Positions 1-13,248 of a DNA stretch of 64,000 bases are shown here, one piece after another. Below the pieces are notes generated by a model. The model did not search any database. It worked only from the letters and a program-made list of their open reading frames with translations, and was not told where the DNA came from. The position numbers and the translations under genes were made by a program. Source of the stretch: Toensbergia leucococca (taxonomy: Eukaryota). The stretch spans positions 124,001 to 188,000 of the forward strand of contig JALDZS010000020.1 in the NCBI GenBank assembly GCA_022813965.1, in the 5' to 3' direction. Every line of letters begins with the position of its first letter. Position 1 is the first letter of the stretch.

Positions 1-651
1 CCTTTTTTGCAAATCGTACTCTTTCTGGACTTTTGCTGTAGGTGCGTTTGAGAGATGATTTGCCCTCAAACAACGCAACCTTCCCCTCTTTTCCCACACC
101 CCCGATCTACACACTATCAACCAGTCACCTGCGACACACACTTCTTCAATACTTACATCCCTTGCCTGTCATTACCAGGAAGTGATGTCGGTATTCCAAA
201 TCCCCCAAACCCCTGTCAAACCTGTTGGTATTACTTGACATAGGGACCGCTTTCTGTACTAAACACACTTTTTTATGTTGCGGTGGGTCGGATTCTGGGT
301 TTGGGTTTGGGGCTTTTGTGGGGGGGATTGGAGAATCGATGGGTGGGAAGGTTGATGGGTTGGAAATTGGGTGATGTGAAATCAATATGGGAGCGTTATT
401 GGGAGTTATTGTAGGGAGCGGGACTGTGAGCTATATGATGGGATGAGGATGGTGGCCGAGGGAGCAGAGGGTGGAGGCTGGGGATTGGGATCACTGGAGC
501 TTTTGGGCATGTTTTTTTCTATAGAGACCCCTAAGCGTCTAAATGCGTAAAATCGTCATCAAGATAGCGGAAACGGGCAATCGTGCATTAAAACCCATAT
601 TCTCGCTTCACCTTCCTCCACCGACCCCTCCAAACAAAATCATGCACCTGC

Positions 652-1714
652 TCAACCATTAATCACCACGCCCCCATTCGGGTGCAAGCTCTGCCCAGAT
701 ATCAAGCTGCTATCCTGACTCGCCAAAAACACAAAACAAGCCGCAATCTCGGACGGTTGGCCCGGACGGCCCATGGGCGAGGTGAAGGAATCCTGGGCCT
801 CGTGATCCATGGTGCTCGGGACAAGGGGTGTCCAAACGGGGCCGGGGCAAACAGCGTTGACGCGGATGCCGTGGCTGAGTTGCTGGTTGGAGAGGCCGCG
901 GGTGAAGGAGATGATGGCGCCTTTTGAGGAGGTGTAATCGAGGAGGTCAGGGCGGCCGATGTAGGCGTTTATGGAGGCGTTGTTGATGATTGTGTCGCCA
1001 GCATGCATGTGGGGGAGGGTGTATTTGGCCATGTAGAAGTAGGGGTGGATGTTTGTGTCGAAGGTTTTGAGCCATTGGTCTCTGTTTTTGCGAGGTAGGT
1101 TAGTGGAGTGTTGTGGGGGGGTTTTTTCGGGGGGGGGAGGAAAGAATGCTAAGGGAATACACGCACTCGGAGAGGTCGGCGATGCTTTTTTGCACCATTT
1201 GGTAGGCGGCGTTGTTGACGAGGATATTGATGCCGCCCATTTCGGAAAGGGCCCGCTCGACGACTTTTTTGCAGTTTTCTTGGGTGGTAATGTCGGCGGG
1301 GTAGAGATAGCATTTTCCACCGTACTCCTCAACCTTCTTCTTGGTGGCTAGGGCGTCTTTCTCTTCCTCGGGCAGGTAGTTGATCAGACAATCCGCTCCC
1401 TCCATGGCGAACAGCACGGCGACGGCACGACCGATACCAGAGTCTCCTCCGGTGATGATGGCCTTTTTGCCCTCGAGTTTACCGGCTGCTTTGTATTTTT
1501 GATAGCCGCCATCTTCGGTGGGGATTTCGGTGGTTGCGGGGCTTTGACCTTGCATTTTAGATTGGAGACCTGGTTGCTCTTGGTCGTGGATGGGGACTTT
1601 GTGGCCTAGGGATTTGTTAGGAGTGAGATCAGGATGAAGGAAAAGATGCTCACCTGATGAAAATTGAGAGTCTGAGCTCGTAGCTGTTTTGACGGCGTTC
1701 TTTGCTGCCTCCAT
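652..1714 (-). CDS. Short-chain dehydrogenase/reductase (YhdF/YdaD-like stress oxidoreductase), spliced
   Basis: KLEGKKAIITGGDSGIGRA, NNAA, YTSSK catalytic motif, IRVNAVCPGPVWTPL, GQSLHPNGG. Two GT-AG introns (~1606-1654, ~1083-1165) join the ORFs. Confidence 0.92.
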
Positions 1715-2601
1715 CTTGAGTAATTTTTTGAGTTAAACGGGAAAATGGATGTGCTATGTAAGAGGAATTTGGATATCTTTTTCTAGATGGGATCAGGATC
1801 AACGAAGATATTTGTTGAAAGTGTAAATAAGAGAGAACGACATTTGCAGTAAATTTCCTCCAAGAAGCTCATAGTGCGGTGATGATCTCATAGCTGTCGG
1901 TCGAAATGGCATGACGTCGCAGCAAATGCGCGAAGTACCTTACTTTACCATCATTGCTCGTATTTGCTAATTGCTGTCTAATTCATGTCCGAGCTCGAGA
2001 TATGGCCCCGAATGCATAGAAGTAGCCGGCTTAGATTCAGATAGTGTAATTCAACTTCTTTTGTTCTTTTCTTCGGAAAGTTTTCAGAGGACTTGTAGAT
2101 TTCATGATGTTTGACGTCAGATTACTTCGAGGTGGCAAGCCCAATGAAGAATTCGACAATGCATTTAACTTCACGAGGTGGGTATTCCAATTCGAGTACT
2201 CATTCTTGTCATGCAAGAAAGGCTTTGAAAGACTCGCGAGACTGCGAGTAGGTTTTCGCCCTATTTTACTTATCAGATTCGAGCATTGATGCCAGGGTAC
2301 TCGTATGTAATTATCGCCATCAGCGCTTCTGATACCTAGTTGCTGGAGGCGCGGCTTTTCACATACATCCGCCATTGCTTTAATTAGGTGTTAGTACAGT
2401 ACCTCAGGTACCTACTTCGACGAACTTGAATAGGCAAGGTATTTTAAGGTTGTGCGAGCGAGAGCACCTCACTCATTATCAAAACTTGACATTTAAAGTT
2501 CGAGAAACTTTTTGAGCCGTACTCGTAATAGCAAACATTAAATATGTTGGAAGGACTTCTTCTTCAACACTTCAGGCAAGCTGGAGTTGGTGATGAAATG
2601 A

Positions 2602-2792
2602 GGTGTTCGCATCGATTGGCGGTAGTGTAAGGCCAATGACACGGTGTGAGAAATCATATGCAAGCGTAGAGGCATCCCCACCAAGCTCAAAAATAAATTT
2701 AATCATTGATTCCTTCCGTAGAAGAATTTCGGAGATTAAACTGACAAGAACAGATACTACACTTGATCTAAGCCAAAGAGGCAAAGAGAGCT
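2602..2792 (-). ncRNA. U2: U2 spliceosomal snRNA (divergent copy or pseudogene)
   Basis: The minus strand reads AGCTCTCTTTGCC..GGCTTAGATCAAGTGTAGTATCTGTTCTT (branch-point recognition GTAGTA). Stem IIb has a UACG loop, followed by the Sm site ATTTTTG and a 3' stem IV ATTGGC..GCCAAT. The 3' end is approximate. Confidence 0.93.
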
Positions 2793-3584
2793 AAAAAAGG
2801 AAAAAAGGAGAGATTGGACGGGCTGGATTGTGATGGTTTAAGTACATATTGAGGGTGTCTCCGGTCACGAAAGGTGACATTCCGGGTCGGAAGAACATAA
2901 CTCGCCTGATTAGGGGACTCTCGCTCGTAGCGAGTCTAGTTATGCTGTAGTCATCCTGTAGTCATCCTTCTGATTCTTTAGTAAATTCACCTTGCTCAGC
3001 AGCATGGTGCGTGCAGCATTTTCATCTGCACGAATGGCTCGTCGATTCCCGAATCCTTCATCTCTTGCGTATCAGGATATTGCTTCCCTTCTTGGCTCGT
3101 AGAACGAAGGCCTGTACCCAAAGAGAAGTAGATACTTTTGCTGGATTCTCCTCGCACGTTAGCTCGTCCCTGTATCATTCCTCCCCTAAGTTCATCGTGT
3201 TTTTTCAAAAGAAAGACAGACTGCCATCATGTTATTTCTTTCGTTCTGTGGAGCTTGCTTCGTTTGGGGTGACATAATTCAATCTGCCTTGTATTTTGGT
3301 TCCTGCCGGAGTTAGTGACCTTGAAGCGTCCAATTCTGCGTTAACGTACTATGCTCACGAGAGAAGTGTGTTTTGAAGATGCTTTGATGTATGGTCAATC
3401 TCGGTCATACTTTGATAGCCGAGGTGTATCCTTCAATCTCTGGCCTTCTTAGTGAATACTTCTCCTATCTTTTTTATGCCACCGCCTGGTATTTCAAGAT
3501 AAAAAGGCACTCATTCCACCATTTCCACTATGAACCTGATCACTACTTTTTTCTAACCAAGCATCCAATCGAGAGACTCCCACC

Positions 3585-4499
3585 ATGTCCGAACCAAATC
3601 GCGCCGATGTATGTCCTGCGATGGAAGACGAGGAAACCATAGTTGATATGGGTGCTTTGGTCAAAAAGGTCAAAAAATTAGGAGACATAGGCGACGACTT
3701 TGAGCTTATGCTACAAAACGGAAACGTTAAATCCAAAGGCCAAGCCGAGTTCAAGTCTGATCTTGCCAACATACGGTATATGCCAAAGCTTTCGTTATAT
3801 ATCCCTCCTGGCTAACAAAACTCCAGCTTGGATTTGAGGGAATTTGTCATCATATATGTCGGCAAACAAATGCAGGAATTTTTCGTGCACAAAGGTTTGA
3901 TATGCCGTCTATCTTACTTCTTCCGCGCCACCTTCCGCGGATCATTCAAGGAAGCTTCGGAGGGTGCCGCGTATCTTCCAACGGAGAAGCCAAAAATCTT
4001 TGAGATCGTCTACGGTTGGCTCTACTCAAAGGCTCTGACTCACGAAAAGGACGGGAGGCAGACTTCTTGCCAATTCTCCGTCCTGTTGGAGCTTTACGTC
4101 TTTGGCGACAAGTACGGCATTCCATCGTTGAGGAACACTGTCGTCTCTGATCTGACATGCAAAGCCATGAAGGGCAAAAAGGCGACGGCAGAGATGGTCA
4201 AATACGTTTACGACAATACTTCGGCAGGCTCAAAACTACGCATGCTCTTGGTGGACATGGAGATCGGGTCTGTGGATATCGTCACGTTTTACAAGAAACA
4301 CCAAGAGAGATACGAGGAATGCCCAGAATTTCTCACGGACATTTTCTTGGAGCTTGCGAGACTTTATCAAACCGCAAATGAGTTTAATCTCAGTCTAAAC
4401 TTCTTCAAGTACTATGAAGCCGAAGGGGGGGCGGCAGCGACAGTATCTCTTCCGGATTGGAAAGATCAACATGTCGGCGAGGCTTGTTGGAGAAAGTAG
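3585..4499 (+). CDS. BTB/POZ domain protein
   Basis: FFVHKGLIC..SYFFRATFRGSFKEA, WLYS, LYVFGDKYGIPSLRN. Intron 3776-3826 (GTATAT..CTAAC..CAG) joins the two ORFs in frame. Confidence 0.88.
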
Positions 4500-4990
4500 G
4501 ACCAAGTAGTCGTCCTCTGCTAACGTATGTCATCCATCACCTGCAGCCAGAACACATTTGCTGATAGTCCTTCAGGTGCACCATCGATCAATGCTAAAGG
4601 GGGTTTCGTTCGCAGATAATCCTTGCCTACAGGATGGTGGCACAGTTTCTCTACATGTTTTGATTCTCCACTTCCAGGAGACAGCTGGCGATCAAGACGC
4701 TTTGACCTTGGCCGGCTTATTCTAATACATCAGAATCTACATTACGCAGAGGTGTTACTTTGGTCACGAAGTAGGATACTTAGGTAGCTTGGAATTTTGA
4801 GACAATCTCCTCTTCAAATCTGTGGCAGGTAGTGCATTACTAGCAGTGACATGTGTAGAGATGTACGATGAGGAAATGAGGTGAAGGTGGGAGTAATCGT
4901 TGTCTTGATGCTGGACCAAAAGCGCACTTGTCACATACTACAGTTGATGACACGAACCCCTTTTCTAGTATGACATGAAGACAGCGTGCT

Positions 4991-5285
4991 TGCAAATGAA
5001 ACATCTTTTCATTGCAGCGAGCGAAGCGAGTCGAGTAGGGTGGAAAAATTGACCGCCAACGGTTTGGCGAGAAATCACCAAGCGATCGGCGGTGATTTTT
5101 CCACCCCCCAGCCCCCCTCGAGCGGAGCTCGCCTTTGGTGTAGTAATGTGACATCACCGATTACCGTGTTAGGTTCTTGACTTCAGTTTTGCAGCGCCAA
5201 ACCTCCATTCACTGACATTTCTACCCGTACATGAGATTTACATACGAGTACAGTAGGCAATGAATGGAGGTGCGGCACTGCAAAA
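4991..5285. repeat. Cluster of consecutive inverted repeats (possible MITE/non-autonomous element or structured RNA)
   Basis: GGGTGGAAAAAT 5038-5049 / ATTTTTCCACCC 5095-5106; TTTTGCAG..ACCTCCATTCA / TGAATGGAGGT..CTGCAAAA 5187-5285; smaller hairpin at 4991-5016. Confidence 0.6.
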
Positions 5286-5678
5286 TACCTAAATTCTATT
5301 CTATGTGATAGGAAACGGCCAGCTCTACCTAGCACACCCTCGCTGCATTCCTATCAAGTGACATCCTCGTGATGGGACTATTTTTAGTAGTGAGAGAAAA
5401 TACCACTCCATTTTGAACCCCATCCGATTCCCTTTGATGTACCAGAGAGGACGTTGATATCCATCACTTCAAATCAAGCAAGCCTCGTTACGCGAGCAGG
5501 GTCTTATCATAGGGTTCACCATAGCACCTCGAAGCACTGTATTTGAGCAGCATGTTGAATATCTCTCGTGTAGCAAAGCATACGTTTTAAGAACCTCATT
5601 TCCACCATAACCTCCAAGACTGACGACCACCCCGTCAGATCTGCTAGTCCACTTGAAAGCCCCTAAGAAGACAGAAGC

Positions 5679-6435
5679 TCACTTCGAGCATCTTTCTTCT
5701 CCATCCGGATGTATATGATAAGTCTCGCAAGAATTCTTATTGAACGGAGCATTTGACGCAACGATTGGTCTAGGTATCGTGTCCCTGACTATCCAAAGGT
5801 CTAATAAGAATTCTCGAGGACCTTGCCAAAACTCTTCGTCGTCGAGTTCATTGTGTACCAGGAAAGCAAAACCCTCATCCCAGCAAACTCTATCTATCAA
5901 CCATCTTCGCAGTGGGGATGACCTAATTAGGTTGGAGTAAAGATAGAATCCGTAATATTTTAGAAGATGGCGAGCTTCCACAAATACAAGCTCCGTAAAT
6001 CCACGAGCGTCAGCGAGCTGGTTTATGACAGCATTTTGAAGCTCCGGGACTCCACGAGCGTCAGCGAATACATATAGTTGACAGAGCGAAAAAGAAGGGC
6101 AGTCAGTGTCGGTTCCATCCCTATCAATGACTATTTTCTTCGAATAGAGCCATGTCTTGAAAATGTTGAAGATCTTAGGATCGTCTTCTGGAAGTTCAAC
6201 AACACCCTCCTTCGCTTCTTTGAACCCTCCTTCTAAAGAGGCACGAAAATACGACGAGTGTTTGCAAAGGAGTCCCTTGTGTATTTCAAAAAGGACCTTA
6301 TCGGGACCGACCATCGCTCGAACTATCTCCTGGTATAGAGACCTGATGGCAAATAAGCCAAGCTTCTCTTAACAATATATTGATTGAGACGTACGGTGTG
6401 GAGGGAGCTATCAGCTGTTCTACTACTTTCCCCAT
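5679..6435 (-). CDS. BTB/POZ domain protein
   Basis: FEIHKGLLCKHSSYFRASLEGGFKEA, WLYS, LYVFADARGVPELQN. Exon 1 is 6435-6395 and the intron 6394-6343 (GTACGT..CAG). Confidence 0.88.
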
Positions 6436-7400
6436 TGCTTAGGAGATGATCTACTCAAGATCGACAACCTTAGCGAATCTCAATGCTGGGCGACAACCTG
6501 AGAGCGAAGAGGCGTGGATCTTTGTCTGTGGAGAGTATCAGTATCTAGACATAGAATATGACGTCCTCAGACCAGCATGAACATACTAGGTGTAAAGAGA
6601 TTTAGGATGCCTGAAGCTGAGTCGACAAAAGTTCCGAAGTAAGTGGAAGTTAATTTAGAGTACCAGACAGTCCATCAGGACTGTGACGTATACTTCGTGT
6701 TTTTTTAAGAAAAATTCTAGTGTCAACAAGACTTTTCAGCAGTAGCAGAAGAGAACACGCGTAGCAGACGGTGGATCAAGTCTCTCAGAAAGGGCGTTCT
6801 GTGTAGAAGCTTATGTACTGACTTGAGTCACCTTGATGAACATGATGTTGAGCAAAGAATTTTAAAGTGTTGAAATGAGGGCATCTAGAGTGTTAATTGT
6901 TAAGAGTAACGAAGAAACAGATCGAGATGCTCAGTCTTCGACCAATACTTTGAGGTAAGTCAGTGATGCCACTGGTCTATGTCCTTGTTCCAAGAGGTCT
7001 AGACATAAGGTAAGGTATATGTTGCAACGGATCTGAGATTTTCACACTCTCTCACTAGGAGCCAATTTGATCTATTCACAAAGACTCCATGGCTCCACTG
7101 TGCACAGTGCGTCACTTCCAGCAAATCGGTCAGCTTTACAAAGCAAGCAGTGAGAACAGTGCGTATCAGGAGATTATGTGTTTTTGACTCTTCAGTACAG
7201 CCGAATTAATGCAATTGGTCTTTCTCCAGAAGCTGTCAGAACCCTGGTCGATATCCTAACACACCAGTGATTTTTCGATCAATATCCAGCATCACCCCCA
7301 CGACCAGAAAAGCGCCTCTCTCGAAAGATCTAGCTTCCACCCTCAGGCGATATCACTGCTCTCCACCATGGGCCACTCGGATTTCCAGGAAGACCGTGAG

Positions 7401-8163
7401 TCAGAAAGCTACATTTACGCATTTCTCTTCGCCCGCTAGATGCTCATGGTAGGCTCCGCAAATGTCTTTCCTAAACGGAGCATCGTGGTAATCTAAGGTC
7501 TTGGGGAGCTTATCCTTAGCTATCAGTAAATCAACAAGAAACTCTTGTGGAAAGTCTTTAGCCCAAGTAGAGTCGAAGGCATTTCCTGGTTGGGTATCGA
7601 ACTTCTTTTGAAGACTCCAACAAAATCTGTCCACAACGTACTTCCTCAGAGGTGACAATTCAGAAGTGTTGCTATAAATGTAAGAAACATGATAGCAAAG
7701 GGTTCTCTTTCCACCATGCAAAGCATTTATGACGGCGTTCTTCAGGTGTAGCACCCCATACACGTCACCTAAAACATAGAGTCGACAGAGTCGATGATCG
7801 GAACAAGGACCTTCCTGTCCGTTTCTCTCCGTGACTAGTCGCATTGGGTAGAGCCAAGTCTTGAAAACCTCAAAGGTGACAGGGTCGTCTTCGGACAGCG
7901 TGACAATGCCCGTCCGGGCTTCCTTGAAGGAGCCTTCCAGTGCTGCTCGAAAAAATGATGAATGTGCGCAAAGTAGACCCTTATGGATTCCAAACTTCTT
8001 CTCTTCTGGTCCAACAAGCACATAGACAATTTCCTGGTACAGCGAACTGATTGAATATAAGTCAGTGTGTGCAATCAACATTGATGGCTTGAAGGTTGTA
8101 CCTTGTTGTGGGAGCCTTTGACCTCCTCATCGCCGAGGCAGATGTTGCAGATAATAGTGACAT
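7401..8163 (-). CDS. BTB/POZ domain protein (paralog of 5679-6435)
   Basis: FGIHKGLLCAHSSFFRAALEGSFKEA. Intron 8101-8047 (GTACAA..CTGAC..CAG). Shares SLYQEIV and the C-terminal APF..C..YH.H..GEE.C with its neighbour. Start codon inferred. Confidence 0.85.
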
Positions 8164-8933
8164 GATGTTCGACTTCTTCGAGTCCGTACGAAGGCGTCTT
8201 CATACTGGGGCAGGAAGTTAGCATTTCGGTAAACAAGCAACGAGACAGCCCTACGGTTGGATGTTAATTGGGTATACCGAAAATGGAAAGTCAATTACTA
8301 TTGGGAATGACGGCCCCTTTCGCCATGGCACTGTTTTAGGACGCTCTCGAAATCAGATATGAAGGTGGCGAGTGTAGTGGTTTTGTGAAATAATTTATAT
8401 TGAAAGATTCAATATCTGAACAAGACGCTTCAAGACTTGTAGGGGAAGCGTTGTCAAGTGTGGTATGTAAGGGTTTACTGCCAGTTTCTGTACATCATAT
8501 GAAGACTGCTGTATTTGCTTGCTGAGTTTGGCGTTGTGAGCAGTGGAATTGAGACTGGCACTGATTGAAAATCAGCATCTAAAGTACTAAAATACTGGCG
8601 CTGAAACGCTTCATCTTCTTCGGAGAATAGGTACGCTTGCACTTACGGCCCTTTGTTTGGATTGATACGTGGAGGGTGTGCAGCAAAAGTGAGAATTGTA
8701 TATCTGTGCTTCTTCAGGCTTTTGGAGTGAACACAGCAATATGATGATAGAATGGGCAGCCCAATGCAGGCACCAGTCTCAATGCATGGCTAATCAGAGA
8801 CAAAGGGAGCTATTTGCATCGCGCGCCTGTCGCTGGCTAAGAAAGCTTAGGTTCTTCTTCATACAATCATTGTTCAAATGATTTGATATCATCCACGTTC
8901 TAGATCACCCCGTTTTCTTTTCCCCCAGATATC

Positions 8934-10123
<1,190 letters not shown>

Positions 10124-10149
10124 GTTTCTAGATTCAAAACTAGATAGAT

Positions 10150-10196
10150 AGAGCAACAGAGCAACAGAGCAACAGAGCAACAGAGCAACAGAGCAA
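10150..10196. repeat. Tandem 8-mer (AGAGCAAC) x~5.9
   Basis: Read directly from the sequence; lies about 27-73 nt upstream of the HEM2 ATG. Confidence 0.95.
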
Positions 10197-10512
10197 ATGA
10201 AGATATCCAATTAAGTCTAAGAAAGTACTGAATTGCTGATGAGATATACAAAGGATTGTGGCGAGGTGGTGCCGTACTTGATTATATTCTACACAGCAAC
10301 GGAACGTCTTCGCAAGAAAGTGTTGCAATGAAGGTTTCTTTTGCCAAAGGTCTCGCTTTTGTCTAAGAGATTGATTTGCTTCGCGGATACGAGTAGTGTA
10401 CTAATGAGACGAATCTCGAGAGATGAGAGACGGCGTTACAACGAAAAAGATAGAAAATTGTCCACGTCGAGATGGTCGATGACGCACCTCGGCCGCGGCT
10501 GACGTTTCAAAT

Positions 10513-10532
10513 ATTAGCTCCACTGCTATTGG
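10513..10532 (-). promoter_or_regulatory. CCAAT box matching the CBC/HapX bipartite motif CSAAT-N12-RWT upstream of HEM2
   Basis: Minus strand CCAAT AGCAGTGGAGCT AAT, about 390 nt upstream of the ATG. The motif has low information content. Confidence 0.35.
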
Positions 10533-11120
10533 CTAGGTCACGACATATCAATCTTCAGGCTTCAGATATGTTTGGGTTAGATATTTACTGATGAACATTT
10601 ACAATGCTACAAACATCCGGCGTGCTCGTTGTCACCTGTTTTAAGAACTGAAGCTGTGCTCTCAAATTATCTACATGACTTTAAGCATCGTACCTACCTA
10701 GTAAGTAAATCGATGCTAGATTGGAATGCAAGCTTTCTTCACACGTTCCTTTACTACTCCAGCATCACGACTGTATATTTATGAACGCTACTTTAGGACA
10801 ATAAAGGCTAGTGATGGAAGACTAGCCTCTTGGTCTGTCAAATTCTGAATATCAATGTGTCAAAAAAGGGGGTTTTCTGTAATGGTTCCCTAATTCCAGT
10901 GTGTACCTGACCCTGCCTTCTTCACTGGAGAATTACAATGGTACAAGGGCTCAGGGCATCTGAAAGAGACTTTTTGTGTATGACTATCTGCTTTAATCAA
11001 AATTACACAAGATCCGTCAGCGCGTGCTACCTTGGATCCGAATCCCTGCTACCGATCTCGCCTTTCCACGGAGAGGACAGAAAGACGGCCTGCCTCCCTA
11101 GATGTCGTTCCAAGACATGG

Positions 11121-12153
11121 CTAGTTTCTCGAAAAGCGTCCCCAACGTCTTCCGCCTAAGAGAGTGTACTCGCCCCCTTGTAGCGCAACTTCCTGGTCCT
11201 CCACGCTTGCGGCTTTCTTACACCAGTTGCATATGACAGGACCTTCCTTATTCGCCTTGTTCCCGCACTCACATACTCCGCGCTGTCTCGTTGTCAGAAT
11301 TTCTTGTAAGACACTACCACTGATCGGCCTAGATAAATTCGGATTACTTACGTAGCCGACAAACTCGGTCTCAACCTGATACCCCTTTACCCGCAAAGGA
11401 TTCTCGATCTTATTAATTACCTTCCTAATTTCCTTTCGACGTCTCTTGAGACCTTCATCGTCTTGCGCAAAGTTTTTGTTAAAGCAGTAAATACAATGCC
11501 GACGTTCTAGAGACAAACAATCGCAGGTACCCGGCGTGACAAGATTTGCTACCAAGGGATTGGTTGCTGCAGCTCGAAATGCTGGTTGTATTAGTCGAAC
11601 TTCATAGGAAAGAATAAGCTGTGGTTTCTTACATTCGTCTATGGAATTATTGTCATTTGACCCACGAGCTAAATTGCTCTGTCCGGTCGCATTCGACGTC
11701 AAAAAATCTGTGGACTGATCGAAAGGCGAAGATAGTAGAGGCGTGTGCGCACTGCAGAAATAGCGAAGACGACGGCTAAAATAGCTCCTATATCCTTCAT
11801 AGAGGTTCGTCCCCTTAGCCATGTCAATCGTTGGCAGAATATAACGACAATTCTACAGAGAAAGGTCAGTGGAAGCTTCTACGTCTTGAGAAATCGACTG
11901 ATTGATAGCGTACATCACAAATGTTGCACGAGCATTTCGTGCATGGGGATATCTTTGCCATGTCTGTCTCATTGCAGCGACCTTGGCAGCGAGTCAAGCT
12001 CTGCAGTAAGCCGAAGTAGCGATTAGGCGGATCGAGGACCAGCCAAAGAGATTTCAAGGAGAAGGCCAGATTGAATAGCTCGACTGTCGTGAGCTGAGAT
12101 GCTACAATACCCACTATTGGATATTGCGCAAGAAGGTCCTCTAATGAGGCCAT
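11121..12153 (-). CDS. Putative F-box-like protein with Cys-rich segments
   Basis: The N-terminus LEDLLAQYPIVGIVASQLTTVELFNLAFSLKSLW resembles an F-box. CTKCSCNICD|NCR is joined across intron 11913-11853. Further CxC/CxxC motifs follow. Confidence 0.65.
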
Positions 12154-13248
12154 TGCGATGGTTGGCGTGAACTTGGTAAGAGACAGGTTTGGAGAAAGCT
12201 TGTAAAGCAGTGCAGCTTGAAAGTGAAATCGAGAGCTTGACGTTTCTGAAGGTAAGTGGAACTTGAAATCACGTTCATGTGGCCCCCGTTTATGATGTCG
12301 TTTGCGCTAGTGTGACTGCTGGAAGTGAAATGAATGTGCAAGTTGTAACAGGAAGCAAGTCACTATCAACATACAATAACCATTTGCCCCAAGCACTGAC
12401 CTCCAGACAGGCACAAGTTAGAAGGATGGTGATCAGAGTCTCATTTTGAGTTGAAGATGCTGGCACCGCTTGGCCGAGGCTGCTCACGGCCAAAGTCCTC
12501 ACAAACGACCGAGCCAATATCACTCAATCTCTCACGTCTGATGGATCTTTCTGTATCTTTTCATTGTGTACAGACGCTCCACCATCAAGCCTTGATGATA
12601 TGTCATCATGATAAGATGTCTCTTGGCACTGATTGCTCGCTATCATGGCCAAGATGGACCATCTGCAACCAGGGGCCTCTCAATATGCATCATTCATGAA
12701 GACTATCACAATGTAAGTTCTCTGCTGTTGCAAGCCATTGCCATAGCCTCTTCTCCACTCATAATTAGATACCTGACTACCTGCATCCACACTTATATGG
12801 TAGTCACGTGTCTGCTGTCAATTCAATTCAATGATGCTCCTTCAACAGTCCTCTTGCAATGAATATCAAAAACCAAAGAACCTAGAAGTATGTTGTAGCA
12901 TGTACATGTACTCGCTGTGTGATGCAACGGAATCACCTTGTGAAACGTCTCGATACCGATGTTATGGACTGTGGTTAAGCGACACGGTGCCCTAACACAG
13001 TGAATGACCTGTAAGTTCGTATTGTATGAAATGCATCCTCATCTTAGTTTTCATCTCACCGGACTCCAAGCGAACTTATTGACCCAAGGAATTGCCTCCA
13101 TTTGCGAAACCTTCAGGTCTACACGGCTAGTAGTGCACCTTAGTCAACACTTGTAACTCGACGGACTGATAGAGTTCTCTCTTTCCAATCCTGCTCAACC
13201 TCAACCTCACACCGCACCTTCTCTCTCTCTTTACGGGGTTAAAACCCC

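Noticed and set aside
2037..2375. 112-aa ORF downstream of U2
   Set aside because: No recognisable domain or splice structure; likely spurious.
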